Shown in pieces: positions 8,775 to 18,707 of a stretch of 64,000 nt of DNA; positions within the stretch are counted from its first letter, which is position 1; each line of letters begins with the position of its first letter. This DNA is from Alphaproteobacteria bacterium. GTDB taxonomy: Bacteria > Pseudomonadota > Alphaproteobacteria > UBA7887. The notes below the pieces were generated by a model. The model was given only the letters and a program-made list of their open reading frames with translations. It ran no database searches and was not told the DNA's origin. The DNA is taken from NCBI GenBank assembly GCA_965216755.1, contig CBDCGL010000011.1, positions 4,736,001 through 4,800,000 of the forward strand. The letters run 5' to 3'. A program made the position numbers and the translations under genes.

Positions 8775-9116
8775 ATGGAGCATAATGGCGTGAACCAAAA
8801 TGACGATGGCGAGCAGGGGTTGCGAGACATTGTACGGCGTCACGTTCATGTGGCGGTACGCGCGCTGGTGGCTATTTGCGAAGATGAAAACGTACAAGCA
8901 AGCACCCGAGTGGCGGCGGCGAATGCCGTGTTGGATCGGGCTTATGGTCGGCCGCCACAGGCGGTTGAGGTCCATGGCCACAGGGATGTTGCGGACCTAA
9001 GTGATGGAGAGCTTGCGGCAATCATTCAATCCGAAAGCCATCGCGGCGGCGCGCGAACTGTTGGCAAGGCGGCGGGCAAGAAACGCGTTCGCCGCGTTCG
9101 TCGCTCGCGTGACTGA
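8775..9116 (+). CDS. Putative terminase small subunit
   Basis: RVAAANAVLDRAYGRP and DLSD.EL motifs; overlaps start of large terminase; start uncertain. Confidence 0.6.
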   Translation: MEHNGVNQNDDGEQGLRDIVRRHVHVAVRALVAICEDENVQASTRVAAANAVLDRAYGRPPQAVEVHGHRDVADLSDGELAAIIQSESHRGGARTVGKAAGKKRVRRVRRSRD

Positions 9117-10548
9117 TTTGAAGCCGGCCCGGCACCACAAACGGTTGATCGCGGCTCTGAACGAGATTGCCGATGGGAAACTTCGGCGGTTGATGGTGTT
9201 TATGCCGCCGGGCCATGCGAAGAGCACTTACGCAAGCGTTCTGTTTCCGCCGTGGCACTTGATCCGGCATCCGCAGGCGGCGGTTTTAGCGGCCAGTCAC
9301 AGTCAGGAACTGGCGGACAGTTTTGGGCGGCGCGCGCGCGCGGTTGTCGGGCATGAAGGTTTCGCCGGTGTGTCAGGGACAAAACTGGCCAACGACAATC
9401 GTGCCGCGTCACGATGGCAGACCGATAGCGGCGGCGTCTATTTCGGCATTGGTGTCGGCGGGGCGATCACGGGACGGCGCGCGGATTTGGCGATCATCGA
9501 TGATCCGATCAAGGGACGCGCCGAAGCGGACAGCGCGCTGGTCCGCGACCGGACCTGGGAGTGGTATCGCGCGGACCTGCGGACGCGCCTGAAACCGGGT
9601 GGTGCGCTCGTCCTGATTCAAACGCGATGGCACGAAGACGATCTGGCAGGCCGGATTCTTCCGCAGGAATATAGTGGGGAATCCGGCAGTGTGGTGGCGC
9701 GTGACGGCGAAACTTGGCAGGTCATTAGCCTACCGGCTCTCGCGGAACAGGACGATCCGCTGGGGCGCGCCCCTGGCGAGGCCCTGTGGCCGGAATGGTT
9801 CGATGCTGCGACACTGGAACAAGAAAGGGTCAGCCAAGGGCCGCGCAATTGGTCGGCACTGTACCAGCAACGTCCCGCACCGGAAGAGGGCGATTACTTT
9901 CGTAGCGAGTGGTTGCAGTGGTACCAAGAGCCACCAACGCATTTGGCGATTTATGGCGCCAGCGACTATGCGGTCACGGCCGGTGGTGGCGATTATACCG
10001 TGCACGGCGTCATTGGGGTTGATGCGCTGGATAATCTCTATGTGTTGGATTGGTGGCGCGCTCAAACAGACAGCTTGGTTTGGGTTGAGACCTTGTGCGA
10101 CTTGATTCGGAAATGGCGCCCGATTGAGTGGGTGGAAGAAAAAGGCCCGATCGCAAAAGGGCTGGGCGCGTTGATCGACAAGCGGCAGCACGAACGTGCC
10201 GCATATTGTGTACGCCATGGGTTCGCCTCGTCGGCGGATAAGCCAACCCGGGCCCAGGCTATTCGCGGCCGCATGGCCCAAGGAAAGGTTCATTTCCCCA
10301 GAAAGGCGCCGTGGGTGGCCGACTTGGTGAACGAGTTGATGACGTTTCCGGTTGGCGTTCACGATGATCAAGTCGACGTGATGAGCCTTTTCGGGGTGAT
10401 GCTGTCGCGTATGCACAAGGGCAAGAAGATGCGACGTCCGTCTGACCAAAACATGCAGCGACAACCGACTGTCAGCGAAATATTTGATGAGCATTTTCGG
10501 TCAACCGCGCGGCCGCGGGGCCGGGATCGGCTGGACAGCTGGTCATGA
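9001..10548 (+). CDS. Terminase large subunit
   Basis: MPPGHAKST Walker A, IIDDPIK Walker B, QTRWHEDDL, ALYQQRP, HDDQVD nuclease motif. Confidence 0.95.
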   Translation: MMESLRQSFNPKAIAAARELLARRRARNAFAAFVARVTDLKPARHHKRLIAALNEIADGKLRRLMVFMPPGHAKSTYASVLFPPWHLIRHPQAAVLAASHSQELADSFGRRARAVVGHEGFAGVSGTKLANDNRAASRWQTDSGGVYFGIGVGGAITGRRADLAIIDDPIKGRAEADSALVRDRTWEWYRADLRTRLKPGGALVLIQTRWHEDDLAGRILPQEYSGESGSVVARDGETWQVISLPALAEQDDPLGRAPGEALWPEWFDAATLEQERVSQGPRNWSALYQQRPAPEEGDYFRSEWLQWYQEPPTHLAIYGASDYAVTAGGGDYTVHGVIGVDALDNLYVLDWWRAQTDSLVWVETLCDLIRKWRPIEWVEEKGPIAKGLGALIDKRQHERAAYCVRHGFASSADKPTRAQAIRGRMAQGKVHFPRKAPWVADLVNELMTFPVGVHDDQVDVMSLFGVMLSRMHKGKKMRRPSDQNMQRQPTVSEIFDEHFRSTARPRGRDRLDSWS

Positions 10549-10580
10549 GCCGGGCGCACCATCGGCAATAGGATAGGGCA

Positions 10581-12506
10581 ATGACAGGTGATTCAGAGAG
10601 CGCACGCGACTTTTCGTCGGAGGTGCTGCGGTGGAAGCGCGAACTGGAATTGGCGGATCGCGAAGAAAAAGCCTGGCGTGAGCTGGCGCCGAAGATTATC
10701 CGCCGCTATCGCGATGAGCGCAACCGCGCCAGCCATGACCGGAAATTCAATATCTTCTGGTCCAATGTTGAAACCCTGAAACCGGCGGTCTACTCGCATA
10801 CACCCGTACCCGACGTTCGTCGTCGTTTTTTGGATCAGGATCCGATTGGGCGCGAGGCCGCCGAACTGTTGGAGCGCGCGTTGAGCTTCGCCATAGACGA
10901 CTACGATTTCGACGGCGCGATGGAATTGGTGCGGGACGACATGTTGCTGGGTGGCCGGGGCGTCGCGCGCGTGCGCTACGACGCCGATATCGCGCGCCGG
11001 CCCATGGAGATTTCTAGCGAGGAGCAGGGCGCCGCGCACGAAGCTGACGCGCGCGCCATACCAGCGCCGAACGACGCCGCGGATGGTGAAGATGAGAACG
11101 GTCCCTTCGTGGAAGTGGTGACCGATGAGTCCGTGCGTTGCGAATATGTCTATTGGGAACATTTCCGTATGTCACCGGCCCGGACCTGGGCGGATGTACG
11201 GTGGGTCGCCTTTAAGCATTTCATGACCCGTGATCAGTTGCGTCAGATGTGGCCCGACCGCGGATCGAAAGTGCCACTGCACGCGACGACTGATCCGTCT
11301 GACGCGCATGAGTCGCGTGGCGTCGAAAAAGAACCGGACACACCGTTTCGCCGCGCGATCGTGTGGGAGATTTGGGATAAGACCAGCCGCCGGGTGAAGT
11401 GGTGGGCGGAACAAACACCCTGGTTGCTGGAAGACACGCCACCACCACTGGACTTGGTGGCGTTCTTTCCGGTGCCACAGCCGGTCTATGCGGTGCGCAC
11501 CAGCGACAGCATGACGCCTGTGCCGGAGTTCATGATCTACCAAGATCAGGCGGATGAACTGGATCGGTTGACCAGCCGCATTAATCGATTGATCGAATCG
11601 GCAAAAGTGGCCGGAATCTATTCGGCGCGCCAAGAAGAAACCATACGAGCGTTGGCGCACGCGGACGATCTTGACCTCGTGCCGGCGCAAGATTGGTTGG
11701 CGCTGGCCGATCAAGGTGGTGTTTCACGAGCGATCGAATGGTTGCCATTGGATCAGATTGCGACGGTGCTCTCCGGCCTGTATCGCCAGCGCGAGCAGCT
11801 GCGTCAAGAGATCTTCGAACTGACCGGGATCTCTGACTTGTTCCGCGGGTCGAGTCGGCCCGGTGACACTGCGACGGCGCAAAGAATTAAAGGCGATTTC
11901 GGCAGCATGCGTTTGTCACCACGCCAAAAACCGATGGCCCGTTTCGTGCGCGACATTGTCCGGATCAAGGCCGAGATCATTGCTGATCAATTTGCGCCCG
12001 AAACCTTGTCACGCATGACCGGGCGGGTTGTCACCGAGGACATTTTGGCGGTGCTGCGGGATGATCGCCTGCGTCGATTTCGAATTGACATCGAGACAGA
12101 TTCGACCGTGCAGCCGGACGCGGAACGAGAAAGGCAAAACGCAGCAGCGTTCTTGTCGGCAATGACCAGCTATTTGCAGGCCGCAGGGCAGATCGCCAAT
12201 CAAGCCCCGGCGACCGTGCCGATGTTGATGGAGTTACTAAAATTCGGCGTACGTAGTTTCAAAACGGCGCGCGCTGTGGAAGATGTGATCGACGAAACCG
12301 CCGAGGTGTTGAAACAGCAATCGGCGGCGCAAGCTTTGTCTGAAGCGACGCCGCCGGGCGCGATTCAGGAAACCGATTTTGGCGGCCTCGACGCCGCATC
12401 GTTGCTGTCCGCTGTGTCCGCAGCCAATCCACTTGCTGCGCCAGACGACGCACTTGGGACCGCGCGCGCCCCATCCCTCAATGTTGATCACACGGAGCAG
12501 AGATGA
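10581..12506 (+). CDS. Portal protein (podovirus type)
   Basis: 641 aa after TerL; FNIFWSNVETL.PA.Y...P, ITG.SD..RG-like, FRIDIETDST motifs. Confidence 0.85.
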   Translation: MTGDSESARDFSSEVLRWKRELELADREEKAWRELAPKIIRRYRDERNRASHDRKFNIFWSNVETLKPAVYSHTPVPDVRRRFLDQDPIGREAAELLERALSFAIDDYDFDGAMELVRDDMLLGGRGVARVRYDADIARRPMEISSEEQGAAHEADARAIPAPNDAADGEDENGPFVEVVTDESVRCEYVYWEHFRMSPARTWADVRWVAFKHFMTRDQLRQMWPDRGSKVPLHATTDPSDAHESRGVEKEPDTPFRRAIVWEIWDKTSRRVKWWAEQTPWLLEDTPPPLDLVAFFPVPQPVYAVRTSDSMTPVPEFMIYQDQADELDRLTSRINRLIESAKVAGIYSARQEETIRALAHADDLDLVPAQDWLALADQGGVSRAIEWLPLDQIATVLSGLYRQREQLRQEIFELTGISDLFRGSSRPGDTATAQRIKGDFGSMRLSPRQKPMARFVRDIVRIKAEIIADQFAPETLSRMTGRVVTEDILAVLRDDRLRRFRIDIETDSTVQPDAERERQNAAAFLSAMTSYLQAAGQIANQAPATVPMLMELLKFGVRSFKTARAVEDVIDETAEVLKQQSAAQALSEATPPGAIQETDFGGLDAASLLSAVSAANPLAAPDDALGTARAPSLNVDHTEQR

Positions 12507-13573
12507 CCAATCTTTCGGAAAACCAAGGTCAGGGTGAAGCGCCTTCGATCACCGATGACATCATGGCGGCTATTCGTGAAACCGCGCAGGGCGACGACGT
12601 GAGCCCATCCGATGACCCGCATCCGCCGGGCGACGGCACGCAGCCTGTGCGCAGTGAAGGGGCCGACGAGCTAGCTCCTGAGCAAACAGACTCGCCCAAA
12701 GATGACGGTGATGCTTTCGTGGCGGCACCCGAACATTGGCCGGAAGACGACCGAAAGAGGTTTGAGGCGCTGGGCCACGAGAACCAAGAATGGTGGCTAA
12801 ACAAGACAAAATCCTTGGAGCGCGGCTACCAAGACAAGTTTGAACGATTGGGCGAAGCGCGCCGCGAAAGCGCCGCCCTAAGCGATGCACTGGCTCCATA
12901 CGAAGCGCAATTGGCCCGCGTCGGTCTGGATCGCGTGGGGTTGGTTCAGCAATTGGTTGCCAGCGAGCAAATGCTCAGGACCAATCCGGATGAGGCGCTT
13001 GCATGGCTGGCGCAACTCTATCCACCGCGCGACCGACGCGGGGCTATGCAAAAGATTGCGCGCGCCTTGGGTGCGGACAGCGGCGACGCGACAGGTCAAG
13101 CCGCCGCCACCGAGGCGTCAGCGTCCGAAGATGTTATCAACCAAGTCCGGTCTGAACTCGATCGACATATGCAGCAATTCGCGTCCGCGCAACATTCGGG
13201 ACAGATCGCGGCGATTGCCACGCAGTTTGACTCAATGCGCGCGATGAAAGACGAAGGCGGAAACGAACGGTTTCCACATTTGAACCAGGTCCGCGCGGTT
13301 ATGGCCGCGCTCGTCGCCGCGGGTGCCGCTTACGATCTACCGTCAGCCTATGACATGGCGGTCCGTGCGCAAGGCATCCGCGATACGAAGACAGGGTCTG
13401 ATTACCCGCGCTCCGACGCGCAGCGTCGCCAATCCGTGCAGCAAGCGAAGATTGCGAGCCGCAAACCGCAGACCGATTCGGCACCGGCGCGCAAGGTTAG
13501 TGACGGCCGTGGTCCTGTGTCGATCCAAGACGCGATTCTCGAGTCGATCGAAGAATACCGCGCCGGGCTCTAA
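12503..13573 (+). CDS. Capsid scaffold/assembly protein
   Basis: Acidic helical protein between portal and capsid; AP.HW motif; similar N- and C-terminal SI.D.I...I.E helices. Confidence 0.7.
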   Translation: MTNLSENQGQGEAPSITDDIMAAIRETAQGDDVSPSDDPHPPGDGTQPVRSEGADELAPEQTDSPKDDGDAFVAAPEHWPEDDRKRFEALGHENQEWWLNKTKSLERGYQDKFERLGEARRESAALSDALAPYEAQLARVGLDRVGLVQQLVASEQMLRTNPDEALAWLAQLYPPRDRRGAMQKIARALGADSGDATGQAAATEASASEDVINQVRSELDRHMQQFASAQHSGQIAAIATQFDSMRAMKDEGGNERFPHLNQVRAVMAALVAAGAAYDLPSAYDMAVRAQGIRDTKTGSDYPRSDAQRRQSVQQAKIASRKPQTDSAPARKVSDGRGPVSIQDAILESIEEYRAGL

Positions 13574-13594
13574 GAAAAATGAGGTAAGAAAAAT

Positions 13595-14569
13595 ATGGCT
13601 CCACCGAATTCGCAATGGGGCGAAGTCGCGACGACGACGCTGCACAAAAGGCGTCGGCGCATGGCAGACAACGTTCTTAACCACAATGCGTTGCTGCGAC
13701 GACTCAAAGAACGTGGCAATGTTGAGCCAGCCGATGGTGGCGAAAGCCTGATCGAAGAGCTCGAATATGCCGAGAACCAGACCTTTATGTACTATTCGGG
13801 CTACGAGGTTCTGGATATCAGCCCGTCTGAGGTTTTCTCGGCCGCGGAGTTCGATTGGAAACAGGCTGCGGTGGTCGTGACGATTTCGGGCGCCGAGCAG
13901 CGCAAGAACTCAGGCGACTCGCAGATGGTCCGGCTGCTTCGGCGTCGGCTTTCCAACGCCGAGAAGACCATGATGAACAATGTCAGTGTCGGCGTCTATT
14001 CGGATGGCACCGGATCTGGCGGCAAGCAGATTGGTGGCTTGCAGTTGTTGGTGGCCGACGACCCGACAACGGGCACTGTCGGTGGCATTGATCGCGCCGC
14101 AAATACGTTCTGGCGGAATGTCAGTTTCGATGCCACCACCGACGGCGGTGCAGCTGCCAGTGCCACCAACATCCAGTCATATATGAACGACGTTTGGATC
14201 CAGTTGGTTCGGGGAACGGATCGTCCCGACATTATCGTTGCGGACCCCAACTATTTCAACTTCTTCTGGGAAAGCCTGCAGGCGATCCAGAGGATTACGA
14301 CACCGCGCAACGGCGATGCCGGGTTCGAGTCATTGACGTTTCATGGGCCGGGCGGATCCGCGCCAGTGTTTCATGATAGTGATTGTCCAGGCAATCACAT
14401 GTATTTCCTCAACACGGAATACATTCACTGGCGCCCGCACAAGGATGCCAACATGACGCCGTTAGAGGCGCGGGAACCGGTCAATCAAGATGCGATTGTC
14501 CGGCCGATAATTTTCATGGGCAACATGACGCTGAGCAATGCTTCGTTGCAAGGCGTCTTGAAAGACTGA
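13595..14569 (+). CDS. Major capsid protein
   Basis: TTTL......ADNV...NALL..L, GG....E.LEY, YSGYE.L, AEFDWKQ motifs; strong RBS; position. Confidence 0.9.
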   Translation: MAPPNSQWGEVATTTLHKRRRRMADNVLNHNALLRRLKERGNVEPADGGESLIEELEYAENQTFMYYSGYEVLDISPSEVFSAAEFDWKQAAVVVTISGAEQRKNSGDSQMVRLLRRRLSNAEKTMMNNVSVGVYSDGTGSGGKQIGGLQLLVADDPTTGTVGGIDRAANTFWRNVSFDATTDGGAAASATNIQSYMNDVWIQLVRGTDRPDIIVADPNYFNFFWESLQAIQRITTPRNGDAGFESLTFHGPGGSAPVFHDSDCPGNHMYFLNTEYIHWRPHKDANMTPLEAREPVNQDAIVRPIIFMGNMTLSNASLQGVLKD

Positions 14570-14581
14570 GGGGGATCATAA

Positions 14582-15091
14582 ATGACGTTCAGTATTCTCC
14601 CATTCGCCGGTGTCGGGCAGCTCGACACGTGGCACTCTCCAACACAGCCGGAGGCACCGCCCCTTGGCTCAATCGTGCAAGGCAGCGACGGCGCGTTTTA
14701 CCAATTGGTGAAGTATACCGGTGGCACGTCGAACGTTCCGTCGCGGTGGTCGACCATCAGCCGTGCCTACGAAGGCGCCTTGGCGACCGACAACGGTGTC
14801 GCGTCAAGGATGGGCCTTGGTGTGCAGGGAACGTGGATGACCGTCTCCGATCCGCTGAGTACGAATGATTACCATTTCATTCAACGGACCGGCGCGGCCA
14901 CCGGCGCGTTTCTTGCCAACTGCGCGGCAAATGTCGACCTGTATGCTTCGGACACGGCAGGCTATCTGGACGACGCGGTCGCCACGTTTCGTCGTGTCTA
15001 CGGTGTCAACCTGGACAGTGCGATCGGTGGATCCGATGCCACGGCGGCTTGCAATATCGATTGGCCGCATGTGGACAACACGACGAGTTGA
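14582..15091 (+). CDS. Putative capsid decoration protein
   Basis: Gly/Ala/Thr-rich beta-type protein directly after MCP, followed by terminator. Confidence 0.55.
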   Translation: MTFSILPFAGVGQLDTWHSPTQPEAPPLGSIVQGSDGAFYQLVKYTGGTSNVPSRWSTISRAYEGALATDNGVASRMGLGVQGTWMTVSDPLSTNDYHFIQRTGAATGAFLANCAANVDLYASDTAGYLDDAVATFRRVYGVNLDSAIGGSDATAACNIDWPHVDNTTS

Positions 15092-15114
15092 TCACCAAGG
15101 CTCACGTGATATCG

Positions 15115-15143
15115 GAAAGGGGGCTTCGGCCCCCTTTCTTTTT
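15115..15143 (+). terminator. Intrinsic terminator after capsid genes
   Basis: GAAAGGGGGC-TTCG-GCCCCCTTTC-TTTTT. Confidence 0.85.
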
Positions 15144-15187
15144 GCGGAATCGCGCAACACGCCATTGAAACAATGAGGTGCGATCGA

Positions 15188-15835
15188 ATGGATGTTTCAC
15201 AACAGGATTGGCTCACACTCGCCGAGTCGACCGGCGCGAGCCAAGCTGACGCCGACGGTGTCATGGCCACGTTCTATGACAGGCCCGTCGAAAACAGGGT
15301 CGCGTCGAAGAAAGAGGGACGCCCGATCTACGACTCGAAGACATATGTCATGATTTTGATTCCGGGACAAAGCAAAACGCGCCTGGATCGGCATGTCAAA
15401 CCTGACGATATCGACCGTTGGCCTGACGCCTGGGCGCGATACAGAAAGCGCGAACGTGGCATCGTCAACGGAACACCACTGCACGAATGGTCGTATCTCA
15501 GCGCGACCCGGCTGATGGAACTGAAGGCGCTCAGCATCCTGACTGTCGAGCAATTGGCTGCAGTGAACGACAGCGCACTCGGCAATTTAGGGCCGGATGC
15601 AGCCGATCTTGTCGACCGCGCGCGTCAACATATTCAGGGCGAGGATCAGACCATCAAGGAACTGCGGTCGCGCAACCAAGACCTTGAAGGGCAAGTCAAG
15701 GCCATGGAGGCGGAGATGGCCGAAATGAAACGCGCCATTGCGGCGGGCGAAGTCAAACCCAGCAAGTCCAAGACGCGTCGCCGCAGCAGTGGCGGGACTC
15801 AACAGGACGTGGAAACCAATGCTGGTTCAACTTAA
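15188..15835 (+). CDS. Conserved phage hypothetical protein
   Basis: FY.......S..EGRPI......I.IPG, GTPL.EW, TVEQLA; C-terminal coiled coil. Confidence 0.7.
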   Translation: MDVSQQDWLTLAESTGASQADADGVMATFYDRPVENRVASKKEGRPIYDSKTYVMILIPGQSKTRLDRHVKPDDIDRWPDAWARYRKRERGIVNGTPLHEWSYLSATRLMELKALSILTVEQLAAVNDSALGNLGPDAADLVDRARQHIQGEDQTIKELRSRNQDLEGQVKAMEAEMAEMKRAIAAGEVKPSKSKTRRRSSGGTQQDVETNAGST

Positions 15836-16043
15836 GCCGGTCCTTCTGCGTCCGGGCGAACGGGGGTTGGTTATGTTCCACAACAAGCATCTGCCACATC
15901 TCACCGACCAAGAACTTGACGCCGTGCGCGGGGAACTTCGCGAAATGGCACGCGACAACGATCATCCGTGCGCGTTGACCGCGCGCCGCCTGCTTGGCGG
16001 CGTCGAGGAAACTGTTCGCTTCAATGGGACGTGGGGACGATGA
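15819..16043 (+). CDS. Small hypothetical phage protein
   Basis: Fills the gap, overlapping both neighbours. Confidence 0.45.
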   Translation: MLVQLKPVLLRPGERGLVMFHNKHLPHLTDQELDAVRGELREMARDNDHPCALTARRLLGGVEETVRFNGTWGR

Positions 16044-16759
16044 GTTTACTCACAATATGTCGTCAGGCAATCGGCGAGATCGGTTCTGTCGAGACACCAG
16101 ACACGATCGTCGGCAACAGCAATGAGACGGCGAAGCAAATTCTTGCCCTGGCGCAACGGGAAGGCCAGGAATTGGCGCGCCGGCACACGTGGTCCGCGCT
16201 GCAACGAGAGCACGTCTTCGCGACCACGTCGGGCGTGGAAAGTTACGCGCTGCCGTCCGATTGGCGACAGGCGATCGATGAAACAGCGTGGGACCGCACC
16301 AACAACCGTCCGATGCCGGGAAGTGTTGGCCCGCGCGCCTGGCAGGTTTGGAAATCCGGCTTGATCGCCACAGCGGATGTTTGGACTCAGTTTCGGGTGA
16401 AATGGGATTCGAGCGCGGGCGCGCGCCGCATTTTTGTCGATCCGGTGCCGAGTAGCGCGAAGACGTTGGTTGTCGAATACCTGTCCCAATCATGGTGTCA
16501 GTCGTCGTCAGGTACGTTGCAAGCCGGCTGGATCGCCGACAGCGACACGGCACTTCTTGACGAAGATCTCATACAGATGGGGCTGATCTGGCGCTTTCTG
16601 AAAGCGAAGGGGTTGCCCTATCAAGAGGAATTCAACAGCTACGAACGATCGGTAGATCGCGCGATCGAGGCCGACGTGCCGTCGCGGCGGATCCGGTTGG
16701 GCGGCCCGCGACGCGGTGAATTGCGAAACCCGAACCTGCCAGATACGGGGTATGGTTGA
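16040..16759 (+). CDS. Head-tail adaptor (T7 gp11 / P22 gp4-like)
   Basis: MSLLTI..., W..L......T..G...Y.LP.D, L..G..WRF..AKGL.Y. Confidence 0.75.
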   Translation: MSLLTICRQAIGEIGSVETPDTIVGNSNETAKQILALAQREGQELARRHTWSALQREHVFATTSGVESYALPSDWRQAIDETAWDRTNNRPMPGSVGPRAWQVWKSGLIATADVWTQFRVKWDSSAGARRIFVDPVPSSAKTLVVEYLSQSWCQSSSGTLQAGWIADSDTALLDEDLIQMGLIWRFLKAKGLPYQEEFNSYERSVDRAIEADVPSRRIRLGGPRRGELRNPNLPDTGYG

Positions 16760-18297
16760 TGGTTATGCAGCGCAATCCGTCGCGGCAACGGCAGGCGAAT
16801 GCGACACAGAGCTTGTCGTTTCCGGCGCCAATCGGGGGTTGGAATGCGCGCGACAGTCTGGATCAGATGAAAGAAACCGACGCGGTACGCCTGGAGAATT
16901 GGTTTCCCAATGGCGACCGGGTCAGCGTCCGGCAGGGATTTGCAGAACACGCAACCGGCGTTGGTGCCGGCGAAGTCGAGACCGTCATAGAGTTTGTCGG
17001 TTTGACCAGTCGCAAACTGATTGCCGCCAGCGGGACCAACCTCTACGACGCGACAGCGGCTGGTGCCGCATCGTCGCTGGCCGGGGGGTTTACGTCCGGG
17101 CGCTGGCAGGGCGCCAATTTCGGCAATCGCCTGATTTTGGTCAACGGTGCCGATGCGCCGCAATCATTCGATGGCACAACGATGGCTGCCGCTGGCTTTA
17201 CCGGCCCCACGACGGTGAGCGATCTGATTTACGCGGTGCCATTCAAGGGCCGACTGTATTTCGTCGAAAAGAATACGGGCGATGTTTGGTATGGCGGCAT
17301 TGGCGCGGTCACTGGCGCACTGACCAAGTTCCAATTGAGTCGAGTATTGCGCCGCGGCGGCGAACTGCAGGCGATCGGCGTGTGGTCGCGGGACGCGGGC
17401 GATGGGCTCGACGACTTCATCGTCTTCGTATCGTCGAATGGCGAGGTGTTGGTGTACGGCGGTACGGATCCGGCAACGGATTTCGCCAAAATCGGCAGCT
17501 ATGAAATCGGACGGCCGCTGGGACGACGATGCATGGCGCGCGCCGGTGGCGAACTAATCATTTTGACGCGGGCCGGCTATTTGCCCGTGTCGCTGTTGCT
17601 TCAGGGTGGCACCGCCGACACAATCGACCGTCACCCGGTTTGGGGAAAAGTGCGACCGGCCGCCGCAGACGCGACGGCGATGTTCGAGGCGAATTTCGGT
17701 TGGCAGATTTTTTCCTGCCCGACCGGATGCGCGCTTCACGTCAACATACCGAGCCTGGTGGGCAGCGAGTACAAACAGCATGTGTTGAATACGGTCACGG
17801 GCGCGTGGGCATTGTATTCCGGAGTTCCGGCGCGCGCGTTCGGTGCCTTTGACGGCGACACCTATTTCGGCGGCGGTGATGGGCGCGTCTTCAAGATTGG
17901 TGGCAACACTGACGACGGCGCCGCCATTCGCTTTCGTGCCAAGCAAGCCTTTAGCTATTTGCGAAAACGAACCAGCATCAAGAGATTCACCATGAGCCGC
18001 CCCGTCATTCGCACCGACGGGACCGTGTTGGCGACGGTCGGGTTGGATGTGGATTTCGCCGACCGGAACCTGCCGCAGAACTTGACCAGTTTCGCATCCG
18101 GCGTGGCTGGGTCGGCGTGGGATACCGACGATTGGGATGTCGGTGTCTGGGCGGGGGCCGCCACGCCCGCGTCGACATGGCTATCGACGCCAGCGGTGGG
18201 GCGCAGCGCATCCGTGCGTTTCGAAGGCGAGGCCAACGCGCAGACGCTCGATTGGTACTCCACCGACGTGCTGGCGCAAACGGGTGGCGTTCGGTGA
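16756..18297 (+). CDS. Tail nozzle / packaged-DNA stabilisation protein (P22 gp10 / T7 gp12-like)
   Basis: PAP.GGWNARD, L.N.FP, beta-propeller-like repeats, WD...WD...W near C-terminus. Confidence 0.75.
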   Translation: MMVMQRNPSRQRQANATQSLSFPAPIGGWNARDSLDQMKETDAVRLENWFPNGDRVSVRQGFAEHATGVGAGEVETVIEFVGLTSRKLIAASGTNLYDATAAGAASSLAGGFTSGRWQGANFGNRLILVNGADAPQSFDGTTMAAAGFTGPTTVSDLIYAVPFKGRLYFVEKNTGDVWYGGIGAVTGALTKFQLSRVLRRGGELQAIGVWSRDAGDGLDDFIVFVSSNGEVLVYGGTDPATDFAKIGSYEIGRPLGRRCMARAGGELIILTRAGYLPVSLLLQGGTADTIDRHPVWGKVRPAAADATAMFEANFGWQIFSCPTGCALHVNIPSLVGSEYKQHVLNTVTGAWALYSGVPARAFGAFDGDTYFGGGDGRVFKIGGNTDDGAAIRFRAKQAFSYLRKRTSIKRFTMSRPVIRTDGTVLATVGLDVDFADRNLPQNLTSFASGVAGSAWDTDDWDVGVWAGAATPASTWLSTPAVGRSASVRFEGEANAQTLDWYSTDVLAQTGGVR

Positions 18298-18707
18298 ACT
18301 TGGTTGGCGACCTCACGGGCGGGCCGGTATGCCGGTGGATCGAAAGTCAATTGCACGTGGATCTTGGCGAATGCGCGGCCATCGGCGTGGTGCAAGACGA
18401 GGCACTCATTGCTGCGGTCGCGTTCAACAACTACCAGCCGCATATGATCGAGGCCAGCGTGGTTGCGACGACACCGCGCTGGTGCTCGCGGCGTGTTCTG
18501 GCGGCGGTGTTCGCGTATCCGTTTCGGCAATTGGGCGTGCGACGCGTGCAGGCAACGACAGCGCGGCGCAACAAACGGGCGCGGAAATTCATCGAACGAC
18601 TAGGGTTCAAATATGAGGGCATTGCCCGAAAGGGCTGGCCACGCGGTGGCGACGCCGCGGTCTATTCTATGTTGAACAACGAATGTAGGTGGCTAAGAGA
18701 TGGGTAA
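18294..18707 (+). CDS. GNAT acetyltransferase-like virion assembly protein
   Basis: F.YPF.QLG..RV......N.....F..RLGFK.EG..R; GTGA overlap with nozzle. Confidence 0.8.
   Translation: MNLVGDLTGGPVCRWIESQLHVDLGECAAIGVVQDEALIAAVAFNNYQPHMIEASVVATTPRWCSRRVLAAVFAYPFRQLGVRRVQATTARRNKRARKFIERLGFKYEGIARKGWPRGGDAAVYSMLNNECRWLRDG

Noticed and set aside
12503-13573. Repeated SI.D.I...I.E motif at both ends of the scaffold
   Set aside because: Consistent with ordinary coat-binding helices of scaffold proteins
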